A stretch of DNA of 64,000 nt from Eledone cirrhosa. Taxonomy: Eukaryota. Position numbers and translations under genes: made by a program. The stretch lies in contig OZ024744.1 in NCBI GenBank assembly GCA_964016885.1, positions 68,200,001-68,264,000 of the forward strand, given 5' to 3'. Positions 12,519-26,160 of the stretch are shown here, one piece after another. How positions within the stretch are numbered: position 1 is the first letter of the stretch; each line of letters begins with the position of its first letter. Below the pieces are notes generated by a model. That model was not told the origin of the DNA and made no database searches. It saw only the letters and a program-made list of their open reading frames with translations.

Positions 12519-13557
12519 TGCTGTTTCAATGGTTTCGATTAGCTTAGTTAATACTGGAGTAATATTCGTCTCTTGTTTATGTTTGTTTGATAACTTCTGG
12601 TTGAGTGCTTAATTCGGTTTGTCTAAGGGAATTTCATTCCTTTGTCCCAAATTTCGAATTGACCGCCAAAACGGGGGTTACCTCCCTTTGAGAAAACCAC
12701 GTGTCTATAGCGAAAATTACTGCTAGAAAACACACCCACCGAGGCTACATAACGCAAGACTTGTTGACGAAGTAAATCCTTTGTTCTGACATCAAAGGCC
12801 ATTAACTTGCAGACCCCTGCCAGCGGAATTAGTCGATCTCGGATTTACAGAAACCTAGTGTGGATGTTGTATGTTATATGTGATGTATATTGTATGCTAT
12901 ACGTTATGCGTTATGTGTTGCATTCGATGTCCACGTGATGGTCCAGGTCAGTCAAAATCTTTTCCTGAGTTCAGTTTTTTTCGTTGCTATGGCAATGCGG
13001 CTGGACTGTCGGTCGCTATATTTGATTTGTCTAAACGTATTGTTATTACTCTGGGGTATTATTCTCCATCGAGTGCTAAGCTGAATTTCGAATCAGCATT
13101 CGTTAACATAGCCGCAGCCAAAAGCTTCGTTAATGCTGTACTAAAATTTGTATATATATATATATATATGTATGTATGTAGATTTATATATATTTAATCT
13201 CCCTAGGTAATAAAATCTGGAGCCAGAATTTTCTCTTTACCAAAAAATCATGTCAACATCCTTACACACTTAAATATAAATACATGTATATATACAAATG
13301 TATAAATGCATAGCTATATACATACGTAAATGTATGTATGTATGTATGTATGTATGTATGTATGTATGTATGTATGTATGTATGTATGTATGTATGTATG
13401 TATGTATGTATGTATGTATGTATGTATGTATGCATGTATGTATGTATGTATGCGTGAAACTAAAAACCATATCATTTGTACTGCCTCTGTTTTTTATCTC
13501 TGTTCATTTATTCAACTATATATATATAAATCTACATACATACATTACACACACACA

Positions 13558-13606
<49 letters not shown>

Positions 13607-13609
<3 letters not shown>

Positions 13610-16600
13610 GAAAAATTGAACAGGGACAGAACAGAGAGGCAGTACGATAAGTGTTTATTAAATTCACGCTCAGGAGAGTGGGGGGTAGGTGGGGGACGAC
13701 GTTTCGGGCATAAGCCCTTCTGCAGGTGAGAAGTGTGTGGGCACAGAGTTCAAAAGGTGTGTAGGGGAGTGGTGGAGAGACATATAGCGAAAGGAAACGG
13801 TGCGAATGAAAAATTAACAAATAAAGACAAAAAATATAATAAATAAAAATAAAGCATGATCAAAATACAAGGAAAGAGAAAATTTAAAAATAAAGGCATG
13901 ATCAAAATAAACTGAAATTAAAAGGGGGGTAAACAGGTGGTGGAATGGTGTGGGGTGAGTAAGGGTGGTGGCGGGTGGAGTGGGGAGAGGGAGACGGGGT
14001 GTCCGAGCGGGGAGGTCTCAAGGTGGTGTGTGTGGTTAGGTGTGCATGTGTGTGTGTGTGTGTGGGGGGTGTTTTTGTGGGTCGGAGTGTCTGTGCGTGT
14101 GTGGATAGGGGGTGGGGGGAGAGGAATCAGGAGGCTGAAGGTGTAAATATGTGGTGGGAAGCACGTATGGTGGTTTAAGCGTGTTGTGGGTGTGGGTGGC
14201 GTGTTGATAAAAAAAAATTTTTGTTGGGGTGTGTGTGTGGGTGAGTTATATAGGTGATGGTGTAAGAGGATGGTTGAAAAGTTGGTAAGTTCCACGGATG
14301 TTTGGAGATTTTGGTTAGAAGTGAAATTCGCGTGTGGGTAATCCAAGAAGCGGTGGTCGGAAGAGGAGAGATGTGGGGTGCGCGCGCAACAGGAAGTGGT
14401 CAGCAGTGGGAGTGTTGTAGTCGGAAGGGCATAGCAGCAGACGGCGGAATGGTAGGGAGGCGAGGATGGGTAGGTGTGAGAGTTGGAGTGAGGAGGGTGT
14501 GTGTGTGTGTGTGTGTGTGTATTAGTAGGGGTGTTAGTGGGATGAGTGAGTGTGGAGCGGGGAGAGAAGGGTGTGTGTGGTTCTATGGAGGGAGTGTGGT
14601 GTACTGGTGTGTGTGTAGTTTGGTGAAGAGGTGTTAGTGGGTGTTAGTATACGGGAGGTGGGGAGGGGTGGAATGCAGGTGTGAGTGGGGGTAGTGGGGG
14701 TAGGGTGTGTAGAGTTGGTGGTGTACGAGGGTGTGTGGGTACGTGTGCGTGGGGTTGGAGGGTGTTAGTGATGTTAGTTGCGTGTGGGGTGGGTGGTGTA
14801 AGTGTGTGCGTGTGATAAGGAGGGGGGAGGAGGAGAAGAGGGGAGGGAAGGGATGTTAGTATGTTAGTTGGGGAAGGGTGGTTAGATGAGGGGTGGAGTG
14901 GAGGTGTTAGTATTGTTAGTGTGGGGTGGGCGGTGAAAAGGAGGGGTGTGTTAGTGGTGTTAGTGGGGGATAAGTGTGGGAGGAGGGGGCGGTCGAACGC
15001 TAAAGGAATAAGGGTGGGGAGTTCCGGCCGGGGGAAGTGTGGGTCTGTAAGATGAAGATAGTGCGTTGTTCGACCGTAAGGCGATGGGCGGGTGTTCCGT
15101 GGCACTGGAGTAGGCCACAGACTGTGAGATGGCGTGCGGAGTGTCCAGGGCCACCAAAGTGGCGGGCGATGGGGGAACTGCTCCCGAGACGAATATCCCG
15201 GAGGTGCTCCGTGACTCGGTCCGCCAGGCGACGTCCCGTCTGTCCGACATAAGTCGCGCTGCACTCCGTGCAACGAAGTCCGTAGACTAGGTTGGAGGAG
15301 GTGCAGCGGAAGGCATGCCGGACCGAGAGAGAGTGGCCGTTGGGACCCTGGAAGGTGGTGGTGTTGGTGATGTGCGGACAGGTGTTGCAGCGTGGCCTAG
15401 AACAGGGGAAGGAACCGGGGGGGGGCGTGGGTTGGGGGGTAGGGAACTGTGGACGAGGAGGGTGCGGAGATTGCGTGCGCGTTTGAAGGAGGGGAGTGGT
15501 GGGGTTGGGAAGATGTGGGTGGTGGAGGGGTCGGACTGGAGGCGTCGGAAGAGGCGGCGAATGGTGCGGTGGAGGGGTAAGGTGGAGGGGTAGGTGATGG
15601 GGAAGGGGAGACGGTGGGTGGGTGTGCGGTGGCGTGGGGTGAGGGTGGTGGAGCGGGGGATAGCACGGGCGCGGGTGAGAGCAGTGTAGACGAGAGAGGG
15701 GGGGGTAACCTCTGCGGATGAAATGGCTGACTAGGGAAAGGGCCTGGGCCTCGAAGTCAGCATCTCAGCTACAGAGGCGGCGGATCCTGAGAAGTTGGGA
15801 GTAGGGAATGGAGAGTTTAGTGTGGGTCGGGTGGGAAGAGGTGAAGTCGAGATAAGAGTGGGAGTCGGTGGGTTTGAAGAAGGCGGAGGTGACGAGGGAG
15901 TGGTGGGAGGGGTCGAAGGCGGCGGAGATGTCCAAGAAGTGGACGTGGGTGGTGGAGATAGAGGTGGTGAAGTGGAGGGAGGGGTGGAAGGAGCAGAAGA
16001 AGGAGAGAAAGGAGTCGAGCTGTACTCGGGTGAGGGTCGTGGCTCCGATACAGTCGTCAATGTAACGACCGTACAGTTCGGGCGTGGGGCCGGTGTACTG
16101 GGCAAAGATTTGGGCCTCAACATGGCCAACAAAAAGGTTGGCATAGTTCGGGCCCATTCTTGTGCCCATGGCTACCCCCGTGACCTGTTGGTAAAACTCA
16201 CCCGAGAAGGAGAAACAATTTAGGGTGAGGACCAGCTCGGCGAGGCGAAGGAGGGTGGGGGTGGAGGGAATGGGGGAGGGGCGAAGGTCGAGGTAGTGTT
16301 TGAGGGCGCGAAGGCCGTTGGCGTGGGGGATGACGGTATAGAGGGACTTGATGTCCAGGGTGAAGAGGAATGGCTGAGGGCCGGGTAGGTAGGTGAAGGA
16401 GTCGAAAAGGCGCAGGGCGTGGTTGGTGTCGGAGATGTGGGAGGGGAGGGTGGTGACAAGGGGGGCGAGGAGGGAGTCGAGAAAGGCGGAGATGAGTTCG
16501 GTGGGGCAGTTGCAAGCGGAGACGATGGGGCGGCCGGGGTTGTCGGGTTTGTGGAGTTTGGGGAGGAAGTAGATGGTGGGGGTGCGGGGGGTGCGGACGA

Positions 16601-17230
16601 TGAGGTGGGAAGCGGTGGGGGGAGGAGGGAGGAGGCGATGAGGTCTTTGATGGTGGAGGAGACTTGTTGTTGGTAGAGGGGGGTGGGATCGGAGGGTAGA
16701 GGGCGGTAAAAGAGGGGGTTACAGAGCTGCCTGAGGGCTTCGGCCGTGTAGAGGTCCGCGCGCCATACCACCACGGCGCCTCCCTTGTCCGCCGGTTTGA
16801 TGACGATGTCATCTCGGCTACGGAGGGAGCGGAGAGCGAGGAGTTCGCCCCGTGAGATGTTGTGCCGTTTGGAACGGTGGCGGAAGTCGAAACGATTTAC
16901 TGCGCTACGGCTGGCATCGACGAAGGCGTCCAGGGTGCTTAATTGTCCTGGGGCCGGCGTCCAAGAAGATGGTCGTCGGCCCAGGGCGAGAAACGGGTCT
17001 GGGGCGTCCGGAGCCGGTGGCGTTCGGCTGAAATGTGCCTGTAGCTTAGTGCGTCGCACGAATCGCTCGACTTCCGTTCGGGTGCGGAACTCGTCGCTGA
17101 GCGGAGTGTGGGGTATGAAGCGAAGGCCTCTACTAAGGAGTGAGCGCTCAGGTGCGGAGAGGGGGAGGTCAGGGGGTATGGTGACAACAAGGGGTGGGGT
17201 TTGGGTGTTTGGGGAGGGAAGGGAGGGTGT
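13607..17230 (-). mobile_element. GC-rich 5'-truncated Penelope-like element (Neptune-like), frameshifted; coding region about 17230-15000
   Basis: Motifs RGLRFIP, IKPADKGGAVVV, MGTRMGPNYANLF, GRYIDD, KPTDSH, CSRPRCNTC, NLVYGLRCTEC..YVGQT. (TA)n on both sides. Confidence 0.92.
13695..13728 (-). ncRNA. Degenerate minimal hammerhead in the pseudo-LTR of PLE 2
   Basis: AC-CUGCAGA-A-GGGC-UUAU-GCCC-GAAACGUC-GU. Core A6 is mutated to C. A related remnant lies near 21020-21180. Confidence 0.5.
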
Positions 17231-18619
17231 GATATATATAGTTGAATAAATGAACAGAGAACAAAAAACAGAGAGGCAGAACAAATGATATGGTTTTTAG
17301 TTTCACGCATACATACATATATACATACATTTACGTATGTATATAACTCTGTATTTATACATTTGTATATACACATGCATTTATATTTAAGTGTGTAAGG
17401 ATGTTGACATGATTTTTTGGGTAAAGAGAAAATTCTGGCTCCATATTTTATTACCTAGGGAGATTAAATACCACAACTCTGGCTGAAAGCTGACCAGGTT
17501 CTCAACCTCATCAAACACTAACGCAGGCCTGTGTATGTATATATATATATGTGTGTGTGTATATATATGTGTGTATGTGTATGTATGTATGTACGTATGC
17601 ATGTGTGTGTATGTTCGTATGTATGTATACACCCACACCTTTCATCACCATTGCTTCTTTTTGTTGTCATTTCTGAAGTTGTTCTTGTAGCTGTTGTCAA
17701 AGTTGTCTTATGTTCATTTTCTTTGATTCCGTTTGTTTTTCTTTTATCTCCCTAGGGAATTCGTTGACAAGTTTCTTTTATTTATTTTCTTCGTTTTCTT
17801 CATTCAAATGCATTCACACTGACTGTCTAGGAGACGTACAAATATGTTTTATAAAACTTACTAAACTAAAGGGGCTTCCAGCGCTCCTCCAAAGCTTCAA
17901 ACGCCCCCTTGCTCAGCCCCCCCCCCTGGAGATCCGAAACGCCCCCGGGGGGCATATTCCCCCGGTTAAGAACATTTGGTCTAAAGTATCAGTTCAGGAC
18001 AGTAAATTAATGTAAATTGCTAGAATGTTGGACAAAATGTCACGTGACATATTTCCCGACTCTTTACAACCTGAGTTTCGCGCAAGAATGGCGACACTGT
18101 CTGCATTTAATTGACAAGATGGAGTCTTGTAAATAGATATATAATAAAAGGCAATGAAAAAAAACAACACGCACACAAACACACCCCAAAACACACATTC
18201 AAACAAACTACGTATTCTATAATTAAAATTCAATGACGATCACACAATATACGCTTCAATTGAACTGAAGGAAGTTTTCTATTTTTCTCAAAGAGTTCAA
18301 TCACCTTCTTTCATTTACACATGCTCGTAGACGCTTATCAGCGTTTTAAAGATAAATAGAAGTGGGCGAGGATGGTATTATCAACCACTTATAATAAATA
18401 GGCAATTTCAGCTAAAATGAAAATAACTACAAGAAATCTCGCTCAATGTTCTAATGATCGACCCCCCCCCCCAACTCCTCCTTCTCCCTCCTCCTCCTCC
18501 TCCTCCTTCTTCTTCTTCTTCTTCTTCTTCTTCTTCTTCTTCGCCCATTTATTCCTGGGAGTGTTGGGTGGAGTGTGTGTGTGTGTGTGTGGGGGGGGGG
18601 TCCTCAAACACCTTCCAGT

Positions 18620-18975
18620 GGTTTCTCTCTAATTGATCCGGGTGTATCCACAAACGAGATCATCTGAGCTCCTTGATGTTATCCAAGCATCTTGCTCGGG
18701 GTCTACCCCTGGGTCTCCTGCCGGTTGGTTTTGCCCGTAAAATCTGTTCTGAGACATTCTTACCATATGCGCTTAGTATCGGAACTGTGATCTGTCAATA
18801 CGGACAAGTAGTGGCTCTACCTGAAGTGACTCTCTGTTCTCCAAGCTATAGACTTTATCGACTAATCTTACTCCAAAGACCCTTTGGAGGACCCCCATTT
18901 CGGCTGCTTGTCTTTGCGATTGTACTCTTTCACTCATTACCCAAAATTCATGGCCATATGTAAAGGCTGACACGA
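18620..18975 (-). pseudogene. RTE-clade LINE 3' fragment
   Basis: TYGHEFWVMSERVQSQRQAAEM...LQVEPLLVRIDRSQ matches the RTE/Expander post-RT region. Confidence 0.8.
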
Positions 18976-19091
18976 ATACCGTCCGGTATTAACCTCACCG
19001 AGATTCGAATTACTTTGTAGATTCGCTGCCGTAAATGATTTTACTTATATATAGAGCCTTGGCCTTGTATTATTAAATGTAAGATGATCAA

Positions 19092-19530
19092 GGCAGTGGA
19101 TTTGCAGAATCGGTAGAGCGTCGGACAACATAGTTTGCGGTATATAGATACGGCTTTTTATGTTCTGATTTCAGATCCCACCAAGGTTAGCTTTGCCCTT
19201 CATATTTACGGGGTCAATAAAATAAACTACCAGTAAAGTGCTGGGGTCAATTTAATCGACTTTCCCCTACCCTTCAAATTGCTGGCCTTGTGTCTAAATC
19301 AGAAAGCATTATTAAATGTAAGAGGATTAGGGCAGTGGATTGGTAGAACGTTGGACAACATGCTTTGCGACATATAGTTACGGCCATTTACGTCCTGTGG
19401 TTAAATCCCGTCGAGGTTAGCCTTACCTTTTATTCGTACAGGATCGATAAAATAAAGTGCCAGTAACGTACTGGGATCGATTTAATCGCCTTTCTCCTTC
19501 CATTCAAATTGCTGGCTTTTGTAGAAACAA
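19092..19530 (+). mobile_element. Two tandem copies of the tRNA-derived SINE
   Basis: Copies start near 19092 and 19330 with the same core as 4832-5010. Confidence 0.8.
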
Positions 19531-19867
19531 AAGTAGGAACAAATTTTAAATGTAAGATGAGATATTAATATATAAGATGAGATATGCAAGCGGAAGAAAT
19601 AAATAATCGCTTTTATTTTAAACGAATGTCATATTTTAATCTTAAAATGAAAAGCACGGTTTATCCTATTTTTAATTCAGTATTTACAGCATCTCTTATT
19701 TAAAAATAGCGTTATGAAGATGCATTGATCAGCTCAACACTTATTGCAGCTCTCATGTAGTGATATCAAGAATAGAGGGTTGTTTAAGGTACATTCCTTC
19801 GTTTCTTATTATTGATATTCATAATCAGTCACTACATTCACTTCTCTCTGTGATATATATATATGAA

Positions 19868-19928
<61 letters not shown>

Positions 19929-19937
19929 GATCTGTGT

Positions 19938-19988
<51 letters not shown>

Positions 19989-19997
19989 ATTTTCTAT

Positions 19998-20575
<578 letters not shown>

Positions 20576-20805
20576 TATATATATTAATAAAAGGAATTCC
20601 AACACTGTCTGATTTACTCGTTTTATTTACAATCCTTTAAAATTTATAATGGTATTAGAATGAAATAGTATGGTAGAATATTAAATGTAAAGTGTTAATT
20701 GAACAAGTACTTTCATGCTTTTGCAATCTTCAGGTTCTTATTCTGTGGTGACAGTCAAGTTTGCAATTTTCAACTGTCAATTTTCAATTTGGGACAACTT
20801 CAAAT

Positions 20806-20887
20806 GCTCTGTATAGTCTTGAAAAGACTATTTCACGAAAACTTTCAGTGGGGATGGTCACGGTTGGATTTCGTTCATCAGCAGAGC
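20806..20887 (-). ncRNA. Full monomeric type I hammerhead ribozyme
   Basis: GCUCUG-CUGAUGA-ACGAAA-[large loop]-UUUCGU-GAAA-UAGUCUU-UUC-AAGACUA-UA-CAGAGC. All three stems are perfect; AUA triplet. Confidence 0.88.
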
Positions 20888-21273
20888 TCAACATGGTAAC
20901 CAATATATATATATATTGGTAAAAAGAAAAGAAAATGCTGACAAATTGTTCCCAGTATATCATAACTCGTGTGTTACACCTCTATTCTTTTAAATATATA
21001 TATATATATATATATAGTGAAAAATGGAACGGGAACAAAACAGGGAGGCAGTACGAACAAAGGTTTATTAGTTTCACGCTCTTGAGAGTGGGGTGGTGGT
21101 GGGGAACGACGTTCTTCAGGCGAAAAGTGTGTGGGAAGAGAGTTCCAATGGTATGTAGGGGAGTGGGGGAGAAACATTTAGAAAAAAAAATATATATATA
21201 TATATATAACGAAGGAAGTGTGGTAAGGAACCAGATGGACCATAACGCACCAGAGTACTCAATACTTAAGGAA

Positions 21274-22430
21274 ATAGAGTGGGTAATAGGAAAATGTTCA
21301 AGACCCCCGACGGTAGAGCTCAAGCCGTTTCGACGGCTATTTAGCCGTCGAAACGTCGGGGTCTTGAACATTTTCCTATTACCCACTCTACTACATAGAA
21401 ATAGACAACGAGCACCAGAAATAATTGAACCGAATACTAATATAAGGAGCCCTAGGAACTATAGAAGATCCAGAGATAGGAAATACTTATGGTTAAATCC
21501 AATATTTAACTCCTCTATAAAACACAAACAACCTTCTACATTCTTTAAATTAATTGATAAGCACTTACCTAAACTTTACAAATACCATAAAATCTTTAAT
21601 AGAAATACTATCAAACTATCTTATTCTACTGCAACCAACATAGAATCACACATGCATAAAATTAACTATAAAAGAATCTCTAATGCAAATAACCTACAAT
21701 CAAACACCATAACACCAAATACAAATCACAAACACATAACAACATCATAACCACACACACGTCAGAATGCATAGCAACAAAAAAATCAACAAACCAAAGT
21801 CTCAGCCCATACATAACAACTTAAAAAACCGCATCGTTGAACCGGCACACAGGAAGGCCTCAAAATGTAACTGTCACTTACCGGATAAGTGCCCACTACA
21901 AAATATATGCCTGGAGTCAAATATAGTGTACCTGTGTACTATAAATTCAGGCAACTTAGCATGGCACTACAAAAAAAGATGGTACGTGCACAGACATTCT
22001 ATAAAGAACCGTAAACTAATGAACACAACAACGCTCGCCAATAAAATCTGGCAGCTTAAGGATACAAACCAAGAATACTGGATTATCTGGTCGAAATTGT
22101 CAAAGGCCTACAGAAATGGAATGTCCCACTGCGGACTTTGCAATATGGAGTTGCTCCATATTTTAAAATATGACAAAATGCTGCTTAACAGCAAAATTGA
22201 ACGGTGAATTTTCTGTAGGCATAAAGCAGCTACTAAATTCGATAATTTCAAATCAATTGATTCGACCCAACAATGAACGGACAAAACGAAGATAATACGT
22301 CATTACGTGGAGCGGGGAGAACAATTGCACGCAAAGACAAAATCACGTAAATGGTATAGCTGAAGTCGTAGACTAAAATTCTAACTAGGAAACCGAATGA
22401 TTCTCGGCTTCAGAGTTGAGAATAAAGTTA
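21274..22430 (+). pseudogene. Naiad-like PLE 3' fragment (thumb, linker, decayed GIY-YIG) preceded by a fold-back hairpin at 21274-21391
   Basis: Motifs LWLNP, KIFNRNTIKLSYS, CNCHLPDKCPL (CxCx5C), CGLC..E, LLN...CRH. The YIG segment is deleted. Confidence 0.75.
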
Positions 22431-22857
22431 ATAAAATACAGAGGTAATTGAAATTAAATAAATACATACACGCATCCATATACGTACATACACAAACATG
22501 TGCGAAAACACTCGCCATAGGTATACAAATACAAGCACGTACACACAAAAAACCCGCACGCACATACAGAACCCACACATACGAAAGTATACACCAAATA
22601 CACATAAAAAAATAAATAAATAAATATATATGTGTGTGTGTGTGTGTGTGTGCGTGTATACATATAATTAAATAAACGTATATAAATAAATACGTATATA
22701 ACGCGCGCGCACACATACCTACATGTAAATACACATATGTTCGGAGACGTACGTCAACCAAAACACAAAGTATACATATACAGATACCCTACATACGTAC
22801 AAACCCGCATACTCACACAGACGCAAAACTCGCGTTATCGTTATAGGTAACCTAGAA

Positions 22858-24325
22858 ACATAACCAAGAAAAGATACCTTAACGGTTCAAGTTTTTCTTG
22901 GATAGTGAAGGAAAAAAGAAAAAAGTCAGATATTTCAAATTATTAAGATGAGTATGCAAATGAGGTTGAGGTATAGGGTTGAAAAAACGTGATTTTTAGA
23001 CGCTATGCAGAATTTAAATAATTAGGATATATGTATAAGTAGGAAGAAGAAAAAAAGAAAGAAACTTTTTATATAATTAACTATCAAAACTCTATTAATC
23101 TTAAAACAGAATTATTTTCTAGTTGCAGACATCGCCAAAATTTCACTTTCAGAAGTATTTCTAATTTATGATATTCATTACACTTGACTATATCTTATAC
23201 ACTTTTAAAATGATCCTATTTTCTTTAAAATTTTTAATTTAATTTTTTTTTAAATGATCTTCCTTCTTAATTTTTTTATATTTTTACTATTTTTACTATT
23301 TGACATTAATTTTAATTTTTTAATATTTTTTAACTATTTTTACCATTTGACATTATTTTCTTAATGATACCTCTCTAAATATATTTTTTTAAATGTAGAT
23401 TGATAATCTTTAATTGACATTCTGAAAGTTTTCCTCTTTACGATAGTTCTTCGAAATGCACATCACTTTTTCCCTCTTCTTTGATCTTCAAACTTTCACA
23501 CATCTTTCGACTAAAATAATATATAATTGAAATTAATCTCACACAAAGTAATATATAATTTTCTCTATATATTTTCTGAGTAAATCATTCATCAAATTTA
23601 ACGGTTAACAAAAAAAAGATTGGAGTTATCTTTTCCTTTTCAATCGTGCAAACATAAACATTATATTATAATATAATATGTATGATAAACTATATAACTT
23701 CGCTAAATTAACAATATTCTGAAAACATTTTCAATGTTGGAACAAAATATTTGAATCTATAAATTGTTCTCCTCTCACAACTTGAACTACATGTTTATTT
23801 TATGTAAAATGCAAAATCAACATCCTTCGAAACTCATATGAGAAATGTAAACAACTAATAATTGTAAATTATTTCTATTTCTATAATACTTATACATGCA
23901 CAATTATTAATCTATATAGATATTTATATACTTACAACCTATTGTAATGAAATAAGATAAAATCTACTTACAACCATAATTCTTCATATAATCTAATTAA
24001 TTATATATATATACAATATTATAACTCATAATATAGCTAAATAAATTTAAATTCTGGAATCATATTCCACCATTCCCGCAAATTGTTAATTCCTTTTAAA
24101 TTAACGTAAATACAAGCTCTTCTTTCTTTTTTTTTCTTCCTACTTATACATATATCCTAATTATTTAAATTCTGCATAGCGTCTAAAAATAACGTTTTTT
24201 CAGCCCTATACCTCAACCTCATTTGCATACTCATCTTAATAATTTGAAATATCTGACTTTTCTTCTGTTTTCCTTCACTATCCAAGAAAAACTTGAACCG
24301 TTAAGGTATCTTTTCTTGGTTATGT
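22858..24325. repeat. ~205-bp inverted repeats (22858-23062 / 24121-24325) around a very AT-rich ~1.05-kb spacer
   Basis: Direct reverse-complement match with few mismatches. Confidence 0.9.
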
Positions 24326-25449
24326 CAAAATTTATAAAACAAACTTTGTATTTTATCTGATGAGAGCGTACCAAAGTTTTGGTACCCTTGAAATATATAT
24401 AATCGAATAAATATGGTTTTATGAATATAGTTTCCATTTATTTAATATCATTGAATATTATACTGCAAAAATCTGTCGAGTGCTCTGAATCAGTTATAAA
24501 CATTTATATTTGTTGAATTACCAACAAATTAAATATCCCTTTTGCTTATATATATATATCATTATTAAACTCTATCATTTATCAGCTAAGTAGAATTTGC
24601 TTCGCTGTGTTAGAATGTATCTGCTGCTTTCACTAGCTAGCTTTAGAGAACGGAGTAGATCCACTCTAACTTATATTGTTTACGGTGACCAAAAGTTTGA
24701 ATCAACTGATCTTATTTGTGTTATCCTCTTTGCTTGTTTGCTTTTGAGTTTTATAAACTCCTAGGAACAGTTTTTTTTTGTTTTTTTTTGGCTAGCAATT
24801 GCTTAGAAAATCCCAGTTGAGTGAAGTTTTTCAACTTATTGTATTACATAAGAGAGGCGCTACTAAATTATTTATAAGAATTCCAGCTTTGTATGATTAA
24901 CATATTACCAAAATGTTTCCTACATGCAATTTTCGCTTATCTTAGATGGAAATATTATATAAGATTAAGTTCCACTAAAGACACCCAAGAGTCAGTCGGT
25001 GGTATTAAACTGGGTGATTTGAACCTCAGAATAGCCGTACGATGCTCTAATGTACATTTTATCAGTCAGATGTTCTAATGATTCTCTCTATATATATATA
25101 TGTTAATAGTTTAGTAAGCATTAAGGAGATAATGCATCTCTATATACATATACCCTTTTGACATGTGTTACTAATCTTGTATAGTCAAGCTACCATTATA
25201 TACAATATGCAGAGAAAATTTACTTAGTGAAAATATACGAAACATACACACACACATATATATATATTAACTGATACACACATACACAGATAACTACATA
25301 TACCAACACACACATACATGCACAGTAGAATGTCAGTTGACCCCAGTTTGATTTAACCCGAAATAAAATATCATATTTGTTTCCATACACTCCACGGACT
25401 TGCAGTTTCTTTTGTTGTCTTAAGCGTTACTTTAAATGATTATTGCCCT

Positions 25450-25502
25450 TATTGTTGTTGTCGTCGTTGTTGTTGTTGTTGTTGTTGTTGTCGTCGTCGT
25501 CG

Positions 25503-25535
<33 letters not shown>

Positions 25536-25662
25536 TTTTGTTGTTGTTGTCGACGTTGTTTTTTTTGTTGTCGTTGTTGTTGTCGTTGTTGTTGTCGTTG
25601 TTGTTGTCGTTGTTGTTGTCGTTGTTGTTGTCGTTGTTGTTGTTGTCGTCGTTGTCGTTGTT

Positions 25663-25751
<89 letters not shown>

Positions 25752-25839
25752 CGTCGTCGTCGTTATTGTTGTTGTCGTTGTCGTCGTCGTCGTCGTCGTT
25801 GTTGTTGTTGTCGTTGTTGTCGTTGTTGTTGTTGTTGTT

Positions 25840-25884
<45 letters not shown>

Positions 25885-25915
25885 GTCGTTATTGTTGTCG
25901 TCGTTATTGTTGTCG

Positions 25916-25955
<40 letters not shown>

Positions 25956-26160
25956 CGTTGTTTTCGTCGTCGTCGTTGTTGTTGTCGTTGTCGTTGTTGT
26001 CGTTGTTGTTATTGTCGTTGTTGTTGTTGTTGTCGCCGGCGTCGTTGTTGTTATTGTTGTTGTTGTTGGTGGTGGTGTCGTCGTCGTCGTTGTTGTTGTT
26101 GTTGTTGTTGTCGTCGTCATTGTTGCTGCTGTTGTTGTTGTTGTTGTGGTGGTGGTGGTG
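25450..26160. repeat. Compound (TTG)n/(TCG)n trinucleotide tract
   Basis: Visible directly; it generates low-complexity ORFs in several frames. Confidence 0.97.

Larger units (their letters stand above)
7926..13150 (-). mobile_element. Penelope-like element (Neptune-like), near full length, flanked by (TA)n
   Basis: RT and GIY-YIG ORFs, CxxxxCxxC linker, 3' HHR, (TA)n on both sides. Confidence 0.85.
13192..17470. repeat. Inverted repeats (13192-13525 and 17232-17470) bracketing the second PLE
   Basis: atttaatctccctaggtaataaaat...tgttcatttattcaactata and its reverse complement. Confidence 0.9.

Noticed and set aside
22205-22207. In-frame TGA in the Naiad-like PLE as selenocysteine
   Set aside because: Some Naiads recode UGA at conserved Cys positions, but this TGA is at a variable position before an intact CRH. 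No convincing SECIS was seen downstream and the copy has other lesions.
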